Assembly: GCF_018350175.1 (NCBI RefSeq)
Contig: NC_058370.1
Location: forward strand, 13,082,001-13,146,000
Length of the DNA stretch: 64,000 nucleotides
Origin: Felis catus
Taxonomy: Eukaryota
Direction: 5' to 3'
The notes beneath the pieces were generated by a model that saw only the letters and a program-made list of their open reading frames with translations, did not search any database and was not told where the DNA came from. Shown here piece by piece: positions 61,079 through 64,000 of the stretch. The translations under genes and the position numbers were made by a program. Each line of letters starts with the position of its first letter. Position 1 is the stretch's first letter.

Positions 61079-63444
61079 AAAAAACTCCATGTACTTCTCA
61101 CATCGTTAACGCCCACATTTTTATCATAAGTTCACGCTGCTGCATCTGAAATATTTAACACTTCCATTATAAAAGAAAACTGTTCTATCACCTTTTAAAA
61201 CTGCGTGTCCAAGTGGACACTCGATACCACAGTGGTCATTTGATATCGACCATCAGTGATTTTAAAAATATAGGAGATACTCCTCTGATTGAGGGAAATT
61301 CTGCGCTATTTCTTTGTCTCCTGGAGCTACTCCCCCGGCAAGATTTGAGGCGAATGTACAATATTTTTCCGCTGGCAAGTCTTTTATTCCAACGAAAACA
61401 ACAAAACACGTATATTCCAACAAAAACACGCCTAAGCCACAATTGAAAATTTACAAGTGTCTGTGACTGTAACACTTTCAAATGTTAAACACGTGGCTCT
61501 GAACTGAGTTATCAGAATTGGGAATAGAGCCTGATTGGTCGAAGCCCTCGAACTCTTGTGGGACTATTTTTCAATTAATTTGCGTATGCCGGAGCGAGTA
61601 CGGCTTCCCGTTCTAGTGAGAAGTCACAGCATCAGTTCACCCTGCTCTATTGTTTCTTTGGGTTGGGCGGGTGGAAGTGTGGCGAACCTTGTTCACGTAA
61701 ACAAACAGGTGGGAAATTGGAGAGTTTCTGTCAAACGCCACTCAGCTCTTTGAATGTCTTCTGCCAACATGGGCTGCCATGCTTTCTGGCTCCTGATTCT
61801 GTTTGCCATTGGGTGTGGAGAGGCAGTGGGGGTGAGAGAGGAGGGGTCCCCGGCCCCCCGGCCCCCGCTGCGATGGAACCCCAGCTGCCTGTCCCCGCCA
61901 GGTCACCTCCTGCCTCGAGGCTCACTGTGCACAGCCCTTCTGTCTCCAGATTCCAGAAACCTCCCTCCCCTCCCCTCGCCCAGGCCCCCCCCCCGGTACT
62001 AGCCAGAGCCCTGCACTGTCCTTTGTAATTTCCCTCCGTCCTCTGCCCACACGTTTGAAACGGTACCTTTGTGAAACTGTCCTCAAGTCAGCCGATAGGA
62101 GTGTTCCGGCCGTTCTCTGTTGGAATTCCGACTGATCAATCATTCTTTTATCAAGTGGGAGAGGAAGGGCATTTGTAAGAGGGGGTGTGGAAGAGAAGAA
62201 GCCGCGGACCACACATGTCAGTCAAGGATCAGAAATTGATTCCCTTAAAGCTGTCTGTGTCTGGGAGCCTTTAGAAAGTCGTCATGTATCCCCAGGGGTC
62301 TGAGCACTTCGATTTGATGATGGCTGATCTAATACCTGACCATCTGCCCCTCTCTTTTCTGCCCTGTCATTTCAGAAACGGTACTGGGAACCAGAACGTC
62401 ATTAGGAAAGCTGGTGAGGTTTCAGCATCCAGGCCAAAGGCTGCAGAGAGATCCCCTGTAGCCACGACGTGTGACCCCCACCGTTGCCCTCATAGCGGGG
62501 AAGCAGAGTCCCTCCTCGAGCTGACGTTTGGGGGGGACTGGTCTCCGAGGGCCAGGCCCCCAGCGTCACCTGCTTGAGTTGAGCACTTATCACTCTGGTA
62601 GGGCAGCCTGTCTTACTTCTTTATCTGCCAGGCTCTCTGCAGTGCTGATTTTGACATTCCAGACGACCCCCCGAGAGTGCTTTATTGCAGTGACGAGGCC
62701 CCGAGCTACAATAACATGCAAAGAGATAGGGGTCCCCGGGCCAGGCCGGCAGCTGTCCTTTAGGTGGGAACCGATGTTAAGATGTGTGCAGGATCCACCT
62801 GCTGGCAGAGGGGTGGGGGTGGGGGAAGGGCGGCAGGGAAGGGGGATGGGGTGATGATCTCTGGTTCCCCGTCCCCGAATCCAGCTAGAAAGCCCGGGGT
62901 CAGCTGCCCAGGATTCTAGGTCTTGCCATCTCACCATCCCCATTGAGACTGGAGGCCCCCCCCAGCATTGGCTGTGGGTGTGTTTGCATTCGCTACCACG
63001 GGGTCTTTTCCTTCGGGGTCACTCAGGGGCAAGCGCTTCTCCCCACCTTTTCACACAAGGGGAGAGGCTCACACATCTTTGTTGGGGTTGTCGCTGGGTC
63101 TTCGTGAGGGAGATGGGGTCACAGATGTGCACATTCTTAGAACACTTTGCTGGGAAGGTGGGTGTAAATCCAGCCTGCTTCCCAGCCCATTTCACCCGCC
63201 CTGCTCGACTGCCCGACGTTCACTGAGGCCAGGCTGGCGTGGGGTGAGTGGAAAGGAATCCTGCTCCTGCCTGGACAAGCTCAGAGGATCCTCCCTGCCC
63301 CCCCTGCTGCCACCTCCTTCCCCTGCATGAAATCAGAGGCTGCGAATGAGAAGGGATGAGGGGAGGGGGTCACACCATCTCCCCTGTGGCGGTCAGGTAT
63401 TCTCACCTTCTGCCTAGGTTAACTGGCTCAGCCACTTTGTGGTT

Positions 63445-63550
63445 GGCCTTGTTTCTGTTTTCAGAAAAATGAATGGAGGCTCAGAGAGGGGCAGTAACTC
63501 AGCCAAGGTCACAGAGCCGGCATAGGGCAAGGGCAGGATTTGGACACAAG
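63445..63550 (-). mobile_element. MIR fragment
   Basis: 'gaggctcagagaggggcagtaactcagccaaggtcacagag...ggcaggatttg'. Confidence 0.75.
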
Positions 63551-63559
63551 AACCCTCTT

Positions 63560-63990
63560 ATCCATCCATTCGTTCAATATTTGCTGAGTTTCATTTAAGG
63601 GACAGTCGCTAGAGAAAGAGCAGTGAACATACTCAGCAAAGCCCTACCCTAGCCGTCTGGGTTGAAGAAGACAGACGAGGAACAATACCCAGTCCACCAG
63701 GCAGGGATCGTGGCCGTGGGGGGCAAGTAAAACAGAATAAAAGGCAGCCTTGGGCATGGTGTCCTTTTTATAAGGTCGTCAGGAAAGTGACAGCCAAGCA
63801 CAGACCTGAAGAAAGTGATGTCATGAACCAAGCTTCTAAATGAGGAAAGAGAGCGCAGCGAGCACAGCAAGTGCAAAGGCCCTGAGGCAGAACCTTGTCC
63901 CACACGCTGGAGACACAGGTAACTGCGCATGTACTTCCTGGAGTTCCATGTGCAAGGAGATGGTCAGCGAGCAGTGGTGGGAGCCGTCTG
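63560..63990 (-). mobile_element. L2
   Basis: 'atccatccattcgttcaatatttgctgag...gcacagcaagtgcaaaggccctgaggcaga'. Confidence 0.75.
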
Positions 63991-64000
63991 CCCCGGGGGC

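Noticed and set aside
1-64000. Assignment to a named gene locus
   Set aside because: No diagnostic exon or known ncRNA recognised; it needs a BLAST of the unique blocks

Overview
Mammalian non-coding DNA, almost certainly from a cat-family (Felidae) short-read assembly. It has about 22 tRNA-derived Can-SINE (SINEC_Fc-type) copies, many with readable target-site duplications (TSDs), and five N-gaps. I found no host protein-coding exon, rRNA, tRNA or recognisable small-RNA gene. The only protein homology I recognise is a dead, 5'-truncated ~3.2 kb LINE-1 ORF2 (RT to CCHC to 3'UTR) at ~50.95-54.13 kb, which two SINEs interrupt. The rest is a mosaic of ancient repeats (MIR, L2, MLT1 MaLR LTRs, L1M/HAL1, MER20) and unique blocks rich in homeodomain/POU/SOX motifs. 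This pattern suggests a gene desert or large intron near a developmental regulator (inference); I could not identify the locus. The first ~16 kb is very GC/CpG-rich, which explains its many spurious ORFs. The most unusual structure is an AT-rich minisatellite at 45.4-46.2 kb made of self-complementary units with a three-unit higher-order repeat. I see no evidence for a new multi-gene system. Old-repeat subfamily names are from memory of consensus sequences, and their boundaries are approximate.
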